This document shows, piece after piece, positions 1 through 9,311 of a stretch of DNA of 64,000 nt (within the stretch, counting starts at the first letter, position 1; each line of letters opens with the position of its first letter). Source of the DNA: an uncultured Acidobacteriota bacterium (GTDB taxonomy: Bacteria > Actinomycetota > Acidimicrobiia > Spongiisociales > ZC4RG35); assembly GCA_963837055.1 (NCBI GenBank), contig CAWILU010000006.1, positions 192,389 through 256,388 on the forward strand, written 5' to 3'. Position numbers and translations under genes: made by a program. The notes under the pieces were generated by a model. That model saw only the letters and a list, made by a program, of their open reading frames with translations. It did not search any database and was not told the origin of the DNA.

Positions 1-306
1 GACCATCACGAATGTGGAGAGGACGAGGAGGGGAAGGCTGATCCCGTCGACACCCAGGTGGTAGTTGGCGTTGATCGCCCCGATCCAGGTCTCGTTGACC
101 TCGAACTGGTAGGTGTTGTAGGGGACCCCCGAGAAATCGAACTGGAAGATCACCGCCAGGGAAAGGAGAAACGCGGCCACGCTGACCAGCAATGCCGCCC
201 CTTTCAGGGCCATCTCGTTCGTCTTCGGGATGATGCCGATCAGGAGCACACCGGCCAGCGGCAAGAACACGATGAGGGTGAGGGCCCACGTTTCGAACAA
301 TTCCAT
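1..306 (-). CDS. nuoM: NADH-quinone oxidoreductase subunit M, N-terminal fragment (gene runs off the left window edge), operon 1
   Basis: Not in the ORF track. Minus-strand ATG at 306 reads MELFETWALTLIVFLPLAGVLLIGIIP...YHLGVDGISLPLLVLSTFVMV, a typical NuoM/ND4 N-terminus. It starts 17 nt after the nuoL stop. Confidence 0.75.
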   Translation of the reverse strand, partial: MELFETWALTLIVFLPLAGVLLIGIIPKTNEMALKGAALLVSVAAFLLSLAVIFQFDFSGVPYNTYQFEVNETWIGAINANYHLGVDGISLPLLVLSTFVMV

Positions 307-322
307 CTGCTCTCTACCTCTC

Positions 323-2347
323 CTATATCACGAACACGAACAGGACGATCAGGACCAGGGCGCCCCCGACGAACGACGCCGCGTACTGCTGGATCCGGCC
401 CGTCTGCAATCGCCGCAGGGCCGATCCGGCCCCGTCCGCCCCGGCGCCCAGACCATGGATCACGCCGTCGACCCCACGCTGATCGACCACGGCGTAGACG
501 AAAGAGCCCAGACCCTTGGTGAGGAAAGCCACACCGTTGACGAACCCGTCGATCACGTAGTCGTTGACCCAGTTGATGAAGCGGGCCATCGGGCCCATCG
601 TCCCGGCGGTGATCCCATCGGCCAGGTCGTCGACGTAGTACTTGTTGCGCAACAGCGGATAGAGCGCGGGGACCTCGAAGCGGTCCCGCTCCGCCTGAGT
701 CGCCCGGTCCTTGCCCCAGACCATCCACCCCAGGGCGATGCCGAGGAGCGCGGCGAACAGCCCGCTCCCGGCCAGCACCAGATCGATCGCCTCGGCGTGC
801 TCGTCGCCCATTGGGACCACCCGCACCGCCAGCCATTGGCTGAAGTTCCCGATGCCGGGGATCTCCCAGCCGGGGACATTGAAGAACCCGAAGAGGATCG
901 AGGGGATGGCCAGGGCGACCAAGGGCACGGTCATGATGGCGGGGGCCTCGTGGGGGTGGCCGTGTCCCTTGTACTCCCCGTGGAAGGTGAGGGCCACTGC
1001 CCGGGTCATGTAGAAAGCCGTGACGAAGGCGCCGGCGATCGCGATCCACATCACCGCGACATAGCCCTCATGACCGAGGGCAACGAGGATCTCGTCCTTG
1101 GACCAGAACCCGGCCAGGGGCATGATCCCGGCCAGTGAGAGGGAACCGACGACGAAGGTCCAGTAGGTCCGAGGCATCGCCTTGCGCAGACCCCCCATGT
1201 CGCTCATGTTGTTGGAGTGCACGGCGTGGATCACCGCGCCGGCCCCGAGGAAGAGAAGCGCCTTGAAGAATGCGTGGGTGAACAGGTGGAAGAGACCGGC
1301 TGTGTAGCCGCCCGCGGCCACCGCCGTCATCATGTACCCGAGCTGGGAGACGGTTGAATAGGCGAGCACCTTCTTGATGTCGTCGGCTACCAGGGCGAGG
1401 AGACCGACGCCGAAGAGCGTGATCGCCCCGATCGCCACCATCCAGGGCCGGATGTCGAAGGCGAGGTACTCGAAGAGGGGGAACACCCGACCCATCAGAT
1501 AGACCCCGGCAGTGACCATGGTCGCCGCGTGCATCAGCGCCGAGACCGGGGTGGGGCCGGCCATCGCGTCGGGGAGCCAGATGTGGAGGGGGAATTGGGC
1601 GCTCTTGCCCATCGCCCCGAAGAAGAGCAGCGCCCCACCGACGACGGCAACTGCCCCAAGCGGCTCAGAATGCTCGAAGGCAGCCGTGCTCAGGTCGAAG
1701 AAGTCGAACGTGCCGATGGCGAGCCCGAGGATGATCGCCCCCAGGATCAGCCCGACGTCGGCCACCTTGTTGACCATGAACGCCTTGTTGCCTGCGTTCA
1801 CGTTGGCCATGTCCTCCCAGTAGAAACCGATCAGGAAGTAGGAGGCGAGACCGACCCCTTCCCACCCGATGATCAGCTGAATCAGATTGGGGGCGCCCAC
1901 CAGGATCAGCATGGAGCCGGCAAAGAGGGAGAAAGCAGCAAAGAACCAATCGACCCTGATGTCGCCCTTCATATAGCCGACCGCGTAGATGAACACGATC
2001 AGACCGACCACGTTGACCAGGAAGTACATCATGATCGACAGCCCGTCGACGACCCATCCGAGCTCGAAGACGAGATTGCTCCCGATCGAGGCGATCTCGA
2101 AGGTCTTCTGTGCGAGGACACCCTCGGTCATATTCATTACGAACAGGACCGTGGCCCAGACGCTGTTGATGGCGAGAGCCCCGATGGCGATCTCGGCTCC
2201 GTGGTTCTTCATCCTCTTCCCCACGGCGAGGATGAGCAGGAAGGCGACGACGGGAAGGATCAACATGATCCCGGCGGTGTCCACCCAGAACCCGCCGGTC
2301 ACACCGGCCTCGACCACGTGTTCAGCCTCGGTCGCGATCACAATCAC
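323..2347 (-). CDS. nuoL: NADH-quinone oxidoreductase subunit L (operon 1)
   Basis: ORF 323..2470. The body is NuoL/ND5-like ([62 protein letters not shown]). Start trimmed to GTG 2347, which follows GGAGG. The 41 upstream codons are Arg-rich and overlap a repeat element. Confidence 0.85.
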   Translation of the reverse strand: MIVIATEAEHVVEAGVTGGFWVDTAGIMLILPVVAFLLILAVGKRMKNHGAEIAIGALAINSVWATVLFVMNMTEGVLAQKTFEIASIGSNLVFELGWVVDGLSIMMYFLVNVVGLIVFIYAVGYMKGDIRVDWFFAAFSLFAGSMLILVGAPNLIQLIIGWEGVGLASYFLIGFYWEDMANVNAGNKAFMVNKVADVGLILGAIILGLAIGTFDFFDLSTAAFEHSEPLGAVAVVGGALLFFGAMGKSAQFPLHIWLPDAMAGPTPVSALMHAATMVTAGVYLMGRVFPLFEYLAFDIRPWMVAIGAITLFGVGLLALVADDIKKVLAYSTVSQLGYMMTAVAAGGYTAGLFHLFTHAFFKALLFLGAGAVIHAVHSNNMSDMGGLRKAMPRTYWTFVVGSLSLAGIMPLAGFWSKDEILVALGHEGYVAVMWIAIAGAFVTAFYMTRAVALTFHGEYKGHGHPHEAPAIMTVPLVALAIPSILFGFFNVPGWEIPGIGNFSQWLAVRVVPMGDEHAEAIDLVLAGSGLFAALLGIALGWMVWGKDRATQAERDRFEVPALYPLLRNKYYVDDLADGITAGTMGPMARFINWVNDYVIDGFVNGVAFLTKGLGSFVYAVVDQRGVDGVIHGLGAGADGAGSALRRLQTGRIQQYAASFVGGALVLIVLFVFVI

Positions 2348-2373
2348 GATCCGCCTCCGACGAGGCCGAAGCA

Positions 2374-2472
2374 CCGGCCGACCGGCGTCTGTTCGCCCTG
2401 AGGTGTGGTGACGCGATAGGAGGCCCACCTCGCGACATGAGGGTTGCCGAAGGGCGAAGTCGGCCGGCAATC
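2374..2472 (-). repeat. ~100-nt structured intergenic repeat, copy 2 (nuoK-nuoL spacer, inverted relative to copy 1)
   Basis: The reverse complement reads gattgccggccgacttcgcccttcggc...agggcgaacagacgccggtcggccgg. Both ~27-nt termini nearly match copy 1 at 4859..4958, and the ~45-nt centre differs. Confidence 0.7.
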
Positions 2473-2486
2473 AAACACAGCCATCT

Positions 2487-2792
2487 CTACCACCGCATCA
2501 GATTGAGCTCGTCGACGTTTGCAGACTTCCGATTGCGGAAGATCATCAGGACGATGGCCAGCCCGATTCCCACCTCGGCCGCGGCCACCGTGATGATGAA
2601 AACCGTGAAGACCTGGCCGATGGCATCGGGAGTTCTGAGGACCGCCTCGAAGGCGATCAAATTGATATTGACCGCGGCCAGCATCAGTTCCACCGAGAGC
2701 AGGATCAGCACGATGTTGCGCCGGACGAGCAGGCCGTAGATGCCGAGGGAGAACATCGCCGCCGCCAGGATCAGGAACTGGTTGAGCAGCAT
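2487..2792 (-). CDS. nuoK: NADH-quinone oxidoreductase subunit K (operon 1)
   Basis: 101 aa with 3 TM segments, NuoK/ND4L-like (LSVELMLAAVNINLIAF, AAAEVGIGLAIVL). Its ATG overlaps the nuoJ stop by 1 nt. Confidence 0.9.
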   Translation of the reverse strand: MLLNQFLILAAAMFSLGIYGLLVRRNIVLILLSVELMLAAVNINLIAFEAVLRTPDAIGQVFTVFIITVAAAEVGIGLAIVLMIFRNRKSANVDELNLMRW

Positions 2793-3343
2793 CAGACCGC
2801 CCCCCGCTCTTCTTCCTCGAGGGGGCTCAGGTCACGGCGGGCGATGGTGATCCCGCCGACGAGCGCAGCGAGGAGGACGAAGGACACCACCTCGAAGGGG
2901 ATCACGAACCGCCCCAAGAGTGAAAGCCCGAGCACCTCGGTCGAGGTTGCCTCACCGAGCCCCACGATCTCTGTTGATCCGAAAGCATCGATCGAAGCCC
3001 AGGAGAGGAGCACGAAGGTTGTTGCGGAGAGGATCGCTGGCCACACGTTGTTCGGCGTGTCCAGCCCGACGTCCTTCCCGGTTGGAGCCCGGGTGATCAT
3101 GATCCCGAAGAGGAAGAGAACCAAGACTGCGCCGATGTAGACCAATACGAGGACCCATGCGACGAACTCGGCGGAGAGCATCAGAAACAAGATGGCGGTG
3201 CCACCGAGGGCGCCGATCAGGAAAAGGGCGGCGTGGACCACGTTCTTGGCGGTCACCACCTTGATCGAGGAGAACAGGGTCAGGCCCCCTACCACGACGA
3301 AAACCCAGTTGATGGGTGCCGCGATCCAGTCACCCAAACTCAC
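2792..3343 (-). CDS. nuoJ: NADH-quinone oxidoreductase subunit J (operon 1)
   Basis: 183-aa hydrophobic NuoJ/ND6-like protein in the conserved position. GTGA overlap with the nuoI stop. Confidence 0.8.
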   Translation of the reverse strand: MSLGDWIAAPINWVFVVVGGLTLFSSIKVVTAKNVVHAALFLIGALGGTAILFLMLSAEFVAWVLVLVYIGAVLVLFLFGIMITRAPTGKDVGLDTPNNVWPAILSATTFVLLSWASIDAFGSTEIVGLGEATSTEVLGLSLLGRFVIPFEVVSFVLLAALVGGITIARRDLSPLEEEERGAV

Positions 3344-3840
3344 TTCTCAAGCTCCGGATCCGCCGGCACCGTCTCCAGCCAGTCCTGAAGCCGGTCCATA
3401 TCGTGGAGCATCTCACCCATCCGGGTCTCCGAGTACTCGTACTCGGGCGACCAGAACAGTGCGTCGAAGGGGCAGACCTCGACACAGATACCGCAGTACA
3501 TGCATAGGGCGTAGTCGATGTCGAACCGGTCGAGGGTGTTGCGAACCTTGATCCGGCCGCCGGGCTTGTCCGGCGCCTTCTCCTCCTTGTGCCCCTCGAT
3601 GTAGATGCACCAGTCGGGGCAGTTGCGAGCGCAGAGCATGCACACCGTGCACGCCTCCTGGTCGAGGGCGATCACCCCACGGGCCCGGGGCACCGGGGTC
3701 TCCTTGACCTTGGGGTAATTGACCGTGGCCAGGTACTTCCCAGGGCGGAAGATGGTCCGAAACATCGTGTAGATGGTCACCCAAAGCCCTTTGGCCATTC
3801 CCATGCCCGGCAACACGCGACGGTTGTTGGTCGTGGTCAC
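3340..3840 (-). CDS. nuoI: NADH-quinone oxidoreductase subunit I (operon 1)
   Basis: Two CxxCxxCxxxCP motifs ([24 protein letters not shown]). Start set at GTG 3840, which forms GTGA with the nuoH stop. ATG 3804 is an alternative start. Confidence 0.85.
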   Translation of the reverse strand: MTTTNNRRVLPGMGMAKGLWVTIYTMFRTIFRPGKYLATVNYPKVKETPVPRARGVIALDQEACTVCMLCARNCPDWCIYIEGHKEEKAPDKPGGRIKVRNTLDRFDIDYALCMYCGICVEVCPFDALFWSPEYEYSETRMGEMLHDMDRLQDWLETVPADPELEK

Positions 3841-4844
3841 AGGTACACCTTGAAGGCCCCGGTGAGGATGATGTTGGCCAGGGCCAGGGGGATGAGCCAT
3901 TTCCAGGCCAGATTCTGCAATTGGTCCTCACGGAACCGGGGGAAGGTCCAGCGAAACCAGATCATCGCAAAGACGAGTAGGAAGGTCTTGCCGAGGACGA
4001 TGACCGGGCCGGCATAGGCGAGGGCGTCCTCGGGGATGCCTGGCAGCCAGTACCCGCCGAGGAAGAGGGTGACTGCGATCGCCGAGAGGGAGAACATGTT
4101 GGCGAATTCGGCCAGGAAGAAGAAGAGGAAGCGGAAGCCCGAGTACTCCGTCAAATACCCCATGACCAGTTCCGACTCGGCGATTGGCATGTCGAAGGGA
4201 ATCCGGCTCAGCTCGGCGAGGGCGGCGATCATGAACACCCCGAAGCCGATGAATTGGAGGATCACGTATGGGTACCCGGCCGAGATCTGGGCCTCCACGA
4301 TCCCGCTCATGCTCATCGTCCCGGCGAGGATGACCGACCCGATTACGGCCAGCACGAGCGGCAACTCATACGCGATCAGCTGCCCGGCCGCGCGCAGCCC
4401 GCCCATCAAGGAGTACTTGTTCCCAGAAGACCACCCAGCCATGAGGATGCCGACGGTGCTCAACGACGAGATGGCGAGGGCGAAGAAGATTCCGACCGAC
4501 AGATCCCGAAAGATCAGGTCCGGGCCGAATGGGATGACCACGAGCAGGGCGACCGTGCTCACCAGAACCAACACCGGTGCGAGCTTGAATACCGGGCGGT
4601 CGGCTTCGTCCGGGACCAGGTCCTCCTTCTGGAAGAACTTGACCCCATCGGCGATGAGCTGCGCCCATCCCCATCGCCCACCGGCGAAATAGGGGCCGAC
4701 CCGGGCCTGCATCTTTGCGGAGAGCTTCATCTCGGCGAAACCGATGACCATCCCGACCAGCGGGATCATCAGAGCGACCAAGAGCAGCTTCCCGGCCAGC
4801 GAGACCCAGAAGTTGGAGAAGAGCTCGGTGACAAACTCGACCAT
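3837..4844 (-). CDS. nuoH: NADH-quinone oxidoreductase subunit H (operon 1)
   Basis: NuoH/ND1 motifs ([46 protein letters not shown]). Start trimmed to ATG 4844 (MVEFVTELF), preceded by AAAGAGG. Confidence 0.85.
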   Translation of the reverse strand: MVEFVTELFSNFWVSLAGKLLLVALMIPLVGMVIGFAEMKLSAKMQARVGPYFAGGRWGWAQLIADGVKFFQKEDLVPDEADRPVFKLAPVLVLVSTVALLVVIPFGPDLIFRDLSVGIFFALAISSLSTVGILMAGWSSGNKYSLMGGLRAAGQLIAYELPLVLAVIGSVILAGTMSMSGIVEAQISAGYPYVILQFIGFGVFMIAALAELSRIPFDMPIAESELVMGYLTEYSGFRFLFFFLAEFANMFSLSAIAVTLFLGGYWLPGIPEDALAYAGPVIVLGKTFLLVFAMIWFRWTFPRFREDQLQNLAWKWLIPLALANIILTGAFKVYL

Positions 4845-4858
4845 CACGGAACCTCTTT

Positions 4859-4958
4859 GATTGCCGGCCGACTTTGCCCTCGGCCCACTCCTGTGCTGAC
4901 CGATTGCAACCGAACTCTCGTCAGACCAGCCGAGGGCAAACAGACGCCGGTCGGCCGG
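4859..4958 (+). repeat. ~100-nt structured intergenic repeat, copy 1 (nuoD-nuoH spacer)
   Basis: gattgccggccgactttgccctcggc...gccgagggcaaacagacgccggtcggccgg. The termini pair with each other: tttgccctcggc/gccgagggcaaa (12 bp) and ccggccgac/gtcggccgg (9 bp). Confidence 0.7.
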
Positions 4959-4995
4959 GGCTGCCGCTCCAAGGAGAGGTTGAGAGTCTGGCAAA

Positions 4996-6186
4996 TCATC
5001 GATCAACATCTCCGAGTACGAAGTCCAGACTTCCCATGATGGCGATGATGTCGGGGACCAGCACGCCCTCCAGGATCCAGGGGAGGATGGAGATGTTGGA
5101 GAAGCTGGCGGAGCGGATCTTGAGCCGGTACGGCCCTTGGTTCCCGTTGGACACGAGGTAATACCCCATCTCCCCCTTTGGGTTCTCCGCTCTGACGTAG
5201 GTCTCTCCCTGCGGGACTTTGATCACCTTGGGCACCTTGGCCTGAAGCGGCCCCGACGGAATGCCGTCGACGGCTTGCTGCACGATCCGGACCGATTGGC
5301 GGATCTCGAGGAGGCGCACATGCCATCGATCCCAGCAATCCCCGTTCTCCCCGACCGGGATCTCGAAATCGAACAAGTGGTACGGCAGGTAGTTCTCGAC
5401 CTTGCGAAGGTCGAAACCGACCCCTGAGGCGCGGAGATTCGGACCCGATACGCCGTAGGCAGCGGCCACCTCGGCGGGCAGGACCCCGACGCCCTTCGTG
5501 CGGGCCAGGATGATCTCGTTGTCGGCGACCAGCTGCTCGAGCTCATCGACCGCCTCCAGCACCTTGTCCATCGCCTCCCGGGTCTGGGCGAGGAAGCCGG
5601 CCGGCAAGTCCTGGATGACTTTCCGGGTACTCGAGCCAGACCCGTACGCGGGCTTGACTCCACCGATCCGGTTGAAGTTGGGGTGGAACCGGCCCCCGGT
5701 CACACCTTCGAGCAGGTCGAGCACTCGCTCCCTCTCCCTGAGGGCGAAGAAGAGAGGGGTAGCCGCACCCAATTCGAGCGGATAGGAGGCCATGAAGATG
5801 AGATGCGAGGAGATGCGGGCCATCTCGGTGAGGATCAGCCTGATGTACTGCGCCCTCTCCGGCACCTCGAGGCCGAGCAGCTTCTCCGCAGCGACGACGA
5901 ATGGGATCTCGTTCGCATAACCCGACACCCAGTCGATCCGGTTGACCAGGGTCGTGATCTGGGGGTAGGTCCGCACCTCGGAGAGCTTCTCGTACCCGCG
6001 ATGCATGTACCCGATCACAGGCTGGATGTCGAAGGCCCGCTCACCGTCGACCCGGGCCACGAGCCGGAGGACACCATGGGTGGACGGATGCTGGGGGCCG
6101 ATGTTGAGCGTCATGTCCTCGGTCTCGAGCTCCACCGAGACCGAGGACTCGGAGAGATGGCGAACCAGGTCCTGATCTAAGACCAC
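4996..6186 (-). CDS. nuoD: NADH-quinone oxidoreductase subunit D (operon 1)
   Basis: NIGPQHPSTHGVLRL and a C-terminal ...IMGSLDFVLGDVDR, typical of NuoD/49-kDa subunits. Start set at GTG 6186, just after the nuoC stop. Confidence 0.9.
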   Translation of the reverse strand: MVLDQDLVRHLSESSVSVELETEDMTLNIGPQHPSTHGVLRLVARVDGERAFDIQPVIGYMHRGYEKLSEVRTYPQITTLVNRIDWVSGYANEIPFVVAAEKLLGLEVPERAQYIRLILTEMARISSHLIFMASYPLELGAATPLFFALRERERVLDLLEGVTGGRFHPNFNRIGGVKPAYGSGSSTRKVIQDLPAGFLAQTREAMDKVLEAVDELEQLVADNEIILARTKGVGVLPAEVAAAYGVSGPNLRASGVGFDLRKVENYLPYHLFDFEIPVGENGDCWDRWHVRLLEIRQSVRIVQQAVDGIPSGPLQAKVPKVIKVPQGETYVRAENPKGEMGYYLVSNGNQGPYRLKIRSASFSNISILPWILEGVLVPDIIAIMGSLDFVLGDVDR

Positions 6187-6187
6187 G

Positions 6188-6829
6188 TCACGCCTCCGGG
6201 TTCTCTTCCGAAGGTCCGTCCGCCGCGTCATCATCCTCGTCGCCGTCGCCTGGCATCTTCTCCACATCGACCGTGCCTGGCCAGGGCTTCACCTCTCGGC
6301 TGAGCAAGGGGAAACTCTTACGAAGGGGGTTCCCCTGAAAGGAGTCGGGCAGATAGAGATGGGCGAGGTTCGGATGGCCCTCGAACTCGATCCCGAACAT
6401 CTCATGGGCTTCTCTTTCGTGCCAGTTGGCCCCCGCGTAGACCTCGACGAGGCTGGCAACTGAGGGCGACTCCTTGGGCAGGGCGGCGGAGAAGGTCACC
6501 CGGCGCCCTTCTGAGATGTCCCCAACCGTCGCCAGGAGCTCGACACGATCCTCGACCTCCCCGGGGAAAGGGTCGCCTACCTCGACTTCGGTCGACCAGT
6601 CGACGGCGGAGAGCCAGGAGAAGAAGATCAGTCCCAGGTCATCTCGCGCCGCCGTCAGCGCCGATACCCAATCGTCCGCGGTCACCTCCACCTTGACCGT
6701 GTCGAAGGTGATCGTTGCCGACCCGCCGACGGTCTCCGCCACGTGATCGGCGAATTCCTGGAGCGGATGCGGGGCCGCGGCCCCAACCTCCGACTCCGCA
6801 GCCTCGGTCTCAGACGGGCTCGAGGTCAC
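6188..6829 (-). CDS. nuoC: NADH-quinone oxidoreductase subunit C (operon 1), acidic C-terminal tail
   Basis: NuoC/30-kDa motifs ([27 protein letters not shown]). Start set at GTG 6829, preceded by GGAG; it overlaps the nuoB end by 20 nt. Confidence 0.8.
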   Translation of the reverse strand: MTSSPSETEAAESEVGAAAPHPLQEFADHVAETVGGSATITFDTVKVEVTADDWVSALTAARDDLGLIFFSWLSAVDWSTEVEVGDPFPGEVEDRVELLATVGDISEGRRVTFSAALPKESPSVASLVEVYAGANWHEREAHEMFGIEFEGHPNLAHLYLPDSFQGNPLRKSFPLLSREVKPWPGTVDVEKMPGDGDEDDDAADGPSEENPEA

Positions 6830-7307
6830 GCCTGCTCCACTTCTCTTTGATGTCCTCGCCCTGGATCTTCTGCTGGAGCAAGACGATCCCGTCCATGAGA
6901 GCCTCGGGGCGGGGCGGGCATCCGGGCACGTAGACATCGACCGGAATCACCTGGTCGACCCCCTTTGTTACCGAGTACGAGTCCCAATAAGGCCCGCCGC
7001 AGTTGGCGCACGATCCCATCGAGATCACGTATTTCGGATCGGGCATCTGGTCGTAGAGACGGCGAATCGCGGGCGCCATCTTGTCGGTCACGGTGCCCGC
7101 CACCACCATGAGGTCCGCCTGGCGGGGAGAGGCCGGCAACGGGATGATCCCGAATCGCATGAAGTCGTAGCGTGGACCGGAGGCGGCCATCAGCTCGATG
7201 GCGCAGCAGGCGAGGCCGAACTGGAACAGCCACAAGGAGTATTTCCGGGACCAATTGAGAAGCCAGCTCACCGGCTTCGGGGCCCCGAACTTCTGGACTA
7301 CTCCCAC
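6810..7307 (-). CDS. nuoB: NADH-quinone oxidoreductase subunit B (operon 1)
   Basis: N2-cluster cysteines ([27 protein letters not shown]). Start set at GTG 7307, overlapping the nuoA end. Confidence 0.9.
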   Translation of the reverse strand: MGVVQKFGAPKPVSWLLNWSRKYSLWLFQFGLACCAIELMAASGPRYDFMRFGIIPLPASPRQADLMVVAGTVTDKMAPAIRRLYDQMPDPKYVISMGSCANCGGPYWDSYSVTKGVDQVIPVDVYVPGCPPRPEALMDGIVLLQQKIQGEDIKEKWSRRDLEPV

Positions 7308-7663
7308 CGGAGAACTCCCTTGCGGACGGCGTAGACCAGGCCCAGGATCAGGACGTCGATGAAAATGAACATCTCGACGAGGCCGAATGTGCCCAACTGC
7401 TCGATCACGATGGCCCACGGGAAGATGAACACTGCCTCCACGTCGAAGATGACGAAGAGAAGCCCGTAGACGTAATAGCGGACGTAACTCTGGCTCCATC
7501 CTGAGCCGACCGGGTCGACGCCGCACTCATAGGTGAGGCGTTTGGTCGTAGTGGGATTGGTGGGCCGAAGCACAGCGGCGACCCCGAGCATCACCATCAC
7601 CAGGATGGCGCCCAGTACGGCGAAAGCGCCGACCGTCAGATAGCTCTCAAAGTAAGGGCTCAT
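7298..7663 (-). CDS. nuoA: NADH-quinone oxidoreductase subunit A (operon 1)
   Basis: NuoA/ND3 motifs ([22 protein letters not shown]). Start trimmed to ATG 7663 (MSPYFESYL). Confidence 0.85.
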   Translation of the reverse strand: MSPYFESYLTVGAFAVLGAILVMVMLGVAAVLRPTNPTTTKRLTYECGVDPVGSGWSQSYVRYYVYGLLFVIFDVEAVFIFPWAIVIEQLGTFGLVEMFIFIDVLILGLVYAVRKGVLRWE

Positions 7664-7696
7664 GCCTCTGCGGGTCGATGGACACCACCGCGGGCG

Positions 7697-7725
7697 AGTA
7701 TACGCACGGGTCCTTTTCCGTCGAA
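7697..7725 (-). promoter_or_regulatory. Candidate sigma70-type promoter for nuo operon 1
   Basis: The minus strand reads TTCGAC-17 nt-TATACT, about 30 nt upstream of the nuoA ATG. Pattern match only. Confidence 0.25.
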
Positions 7726-7783
7726 GTTTGGAAACTCCAACTGCCATCGGCAAAAACCGTGGAGCCGGCCCTAGCCTGGATCG

Positions 7784-8866
7784 ATGGCGGACGCCCCCTC
7801 ACCAGACTCCACAGGTCTGGTCAACCTCGTCGCGGAGCTCGAGACAAGGCTGATCGGCACCTCGCCATCACCCCCGCTCGACCCCTCGATCGGCAGTTCG
7901 ATCCCCGACGGGCGGTCATACGTCCTCGTCCTGTTCGATGGTCTCGGCGTGGCACAACTGGCCCACGAATCCGCCCGATCCTTACGCGAATCGCATCGAA
8001 GGACGTTGCGAGCGCCCTTTCCAACCACCACGAGTGTCGCTCTGGCCACCGTGGCCACCGGGCTCGCGCCCGGGCAGCACGGTCTCATCTCCCATCTCTG
8101 CTGGTTGGAGGAGGCGGGACGCGTGGTGAACACCTTGAAATGGGTGGATCTGTCCGGCCAGCCAGTCCATTACGACTACGGGTCGTTCCTGGCCCGACCC
8201 AATCTCTGGGAACGGCTTCGCCAGGCTGGCATCGAGCCGATCACGGTTCAACCGGAGTCTTTCGCGGGCAGCCCTCTCTCCCGCGTGCTCTATCGCGGCG
8301 CTCGTTTCGAACGGACCTGGGATGACCACGATCTCGCGGAGGCCACAGTGCAACTCGCGGCGGAGCCGAACCGGCTCATCTTCACCTACTTCTGGCCGGT
8401 CGACTTCGCCGGCCACGTCCACGGGCTCGCCTCTGCGGAGTTCGCCGAGGCAATTCGCCTCGCCGCCAACCTCTGGGAGGAGATCGTCTCGAGGATGCCG
8501 CCCGACGTCACCGTGCTGGGAACTGCCGACCACGGGCTGATCGACTACAGCGATGAGGACAAGGTCCTCATCCGCCACGAGCCATTCAATTCTCTCCGCT
8601 ATGCGGGAGATCCAAGGGGGGTTCATGCCTGGGGAGAGCCTGATTTGCTCGATGCCCTGGCCCGGCAGGTCGGGGCAGAGCTGACGGATGCTCTCACCCA
8701 ATTCGGCGCCGAGCCAGGTCTCGAAACGCGCGCCAGGTCAGGCGACGCCCTGCTCATGGCCCCGCCAGGGAAGGTGCTCCTTCCCTCCGGCTTCGACAAG
8801 CGGCTTCAGGCCTACCACGGTGGCCTCGCCCAGGACGAGGTCGAGATCCCGCTCCTGGTTGGTTGA
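7784..8866 (+). CDS. Alkaline phosphatase superfamily protein (nucleotide pyrophosphatase/phosphodiesterase-like)
   Basis: FDGLG...FPTTTSVALATVATGLAPGQHG (Thr nucleophile region), FAGHVHG and GTADHG metal-site-like motifs. Confidence 0.6.
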   Translation: MADAPSPDSTGLVNLVAELETRLIGTSPSPPLDPSIGSSIPDGRSYVLVLFDGLGVAQLAHESARSLRESHRRTLRAPFPTTTSVALATVATGLAPGQHGLISHLCWLEEAGRVVNTLKWVDLSGQPVHYDYGSFLARPNLWERLRQAGIEPITVQPESFAGSPLSRVLYRGARFERTWDDHDLAEATVQLAAEPNRLIFTYFWPVDFAGHVHGLASAEFAEAIRLAANLWEEIVSRMPPDVTVLGTADHGLIDYSDEDKVLIRHEPFNSLRYAGDPRGVHAWGEPDLLDALARQVGAELTDALTQFGAEPGLETRARSGDALLMAPPGKVLLPSGFDKRLQAYHGGLAQDEVEIPLLVG

Positions 8867-8920
8867 TCGGAGATTGCTCCTGCGGTTTGGCCCCATGTGG
8901 CAGGGGGTAGGTGCCTGCCC

Positions 8921-9304
8921 GTGCATGACCTGACCGGGACTGTGGTGGCCATCATCGACCACGCCGAACAAGGCCGGCAGGCCGTGGCCGCCCTTGCCCA
9001 GGAGCAGTTCCCCGCCGAGCTCCTCCATGGCGAGGAGGGGAGGGCGCACCTCACTGCAAAGGACGAGGAAGGATTGTCGGCGATGGTCAAGAAAGTCGCC
9101 CAGGCCTTCGGTGACGAGGTCCGGATCCTCGACCGCCTCGAGCGCGCCCTGGAAGGGGGACGCTCGGTGGTGTCTGTAAATGTGGACGACGAGCAAGCGG
9201 CCCGAGCCGCAATCATCCTGGAGGAGCACGGCGGCCACGACATGTGGCGTCTGGGCGAATGGAGTTTCAACAGGATCGGCACCGAGGGATCCGGGGAAGG
9301 CTGA
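8921..9304 (+). CDS. Hypothetical protein (small acidic, stress-protein-like)
   Basis: ORF 8897..9304 with GC-rich third positions. Start uncertain: TTG 8897 (the track's M) or GTG 8921. No motif recognised with confidence. Confidence 0.45.
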   Translation: MHDLTGTVVAIIDHAEQGRQAVAALAQEQFPAELLHGEEGRAHLTAKDEEGLSAMVKKVAQAFGDEVRILDRLERALEGGRSVVSVNVDDEQAARAAIILEEHGGHDMWRLGEWSFNRIGTEGSGEG

Positions 9305-9311
9305 GCCGCTC

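Noticed and set aside
230-2401. Long plus-strand ORFs (230..1138, 1529..2401, 58..522 and others) antisense to nuoL/nuoM.
   Set aside because: Their products are Arg/Pro/Gly/Asp/His-rich nonsense typical of antisense frames in high-GC DNA. The opposite strand encodes clearly recognisable NuoL/NuoM.
7784-8866. The alkaline-phosphatase-fold protein as a PglZ/BREX-type defence component.
   Set aside because: No methyltransferase, ATPase, protease or other BREX/DISARM partners are adjacent. The neighbours are nuo, PfkB and SurE housekeeping genes, and the motifs fit ordinary phosphodiesterase/pyrophosphatase family members.
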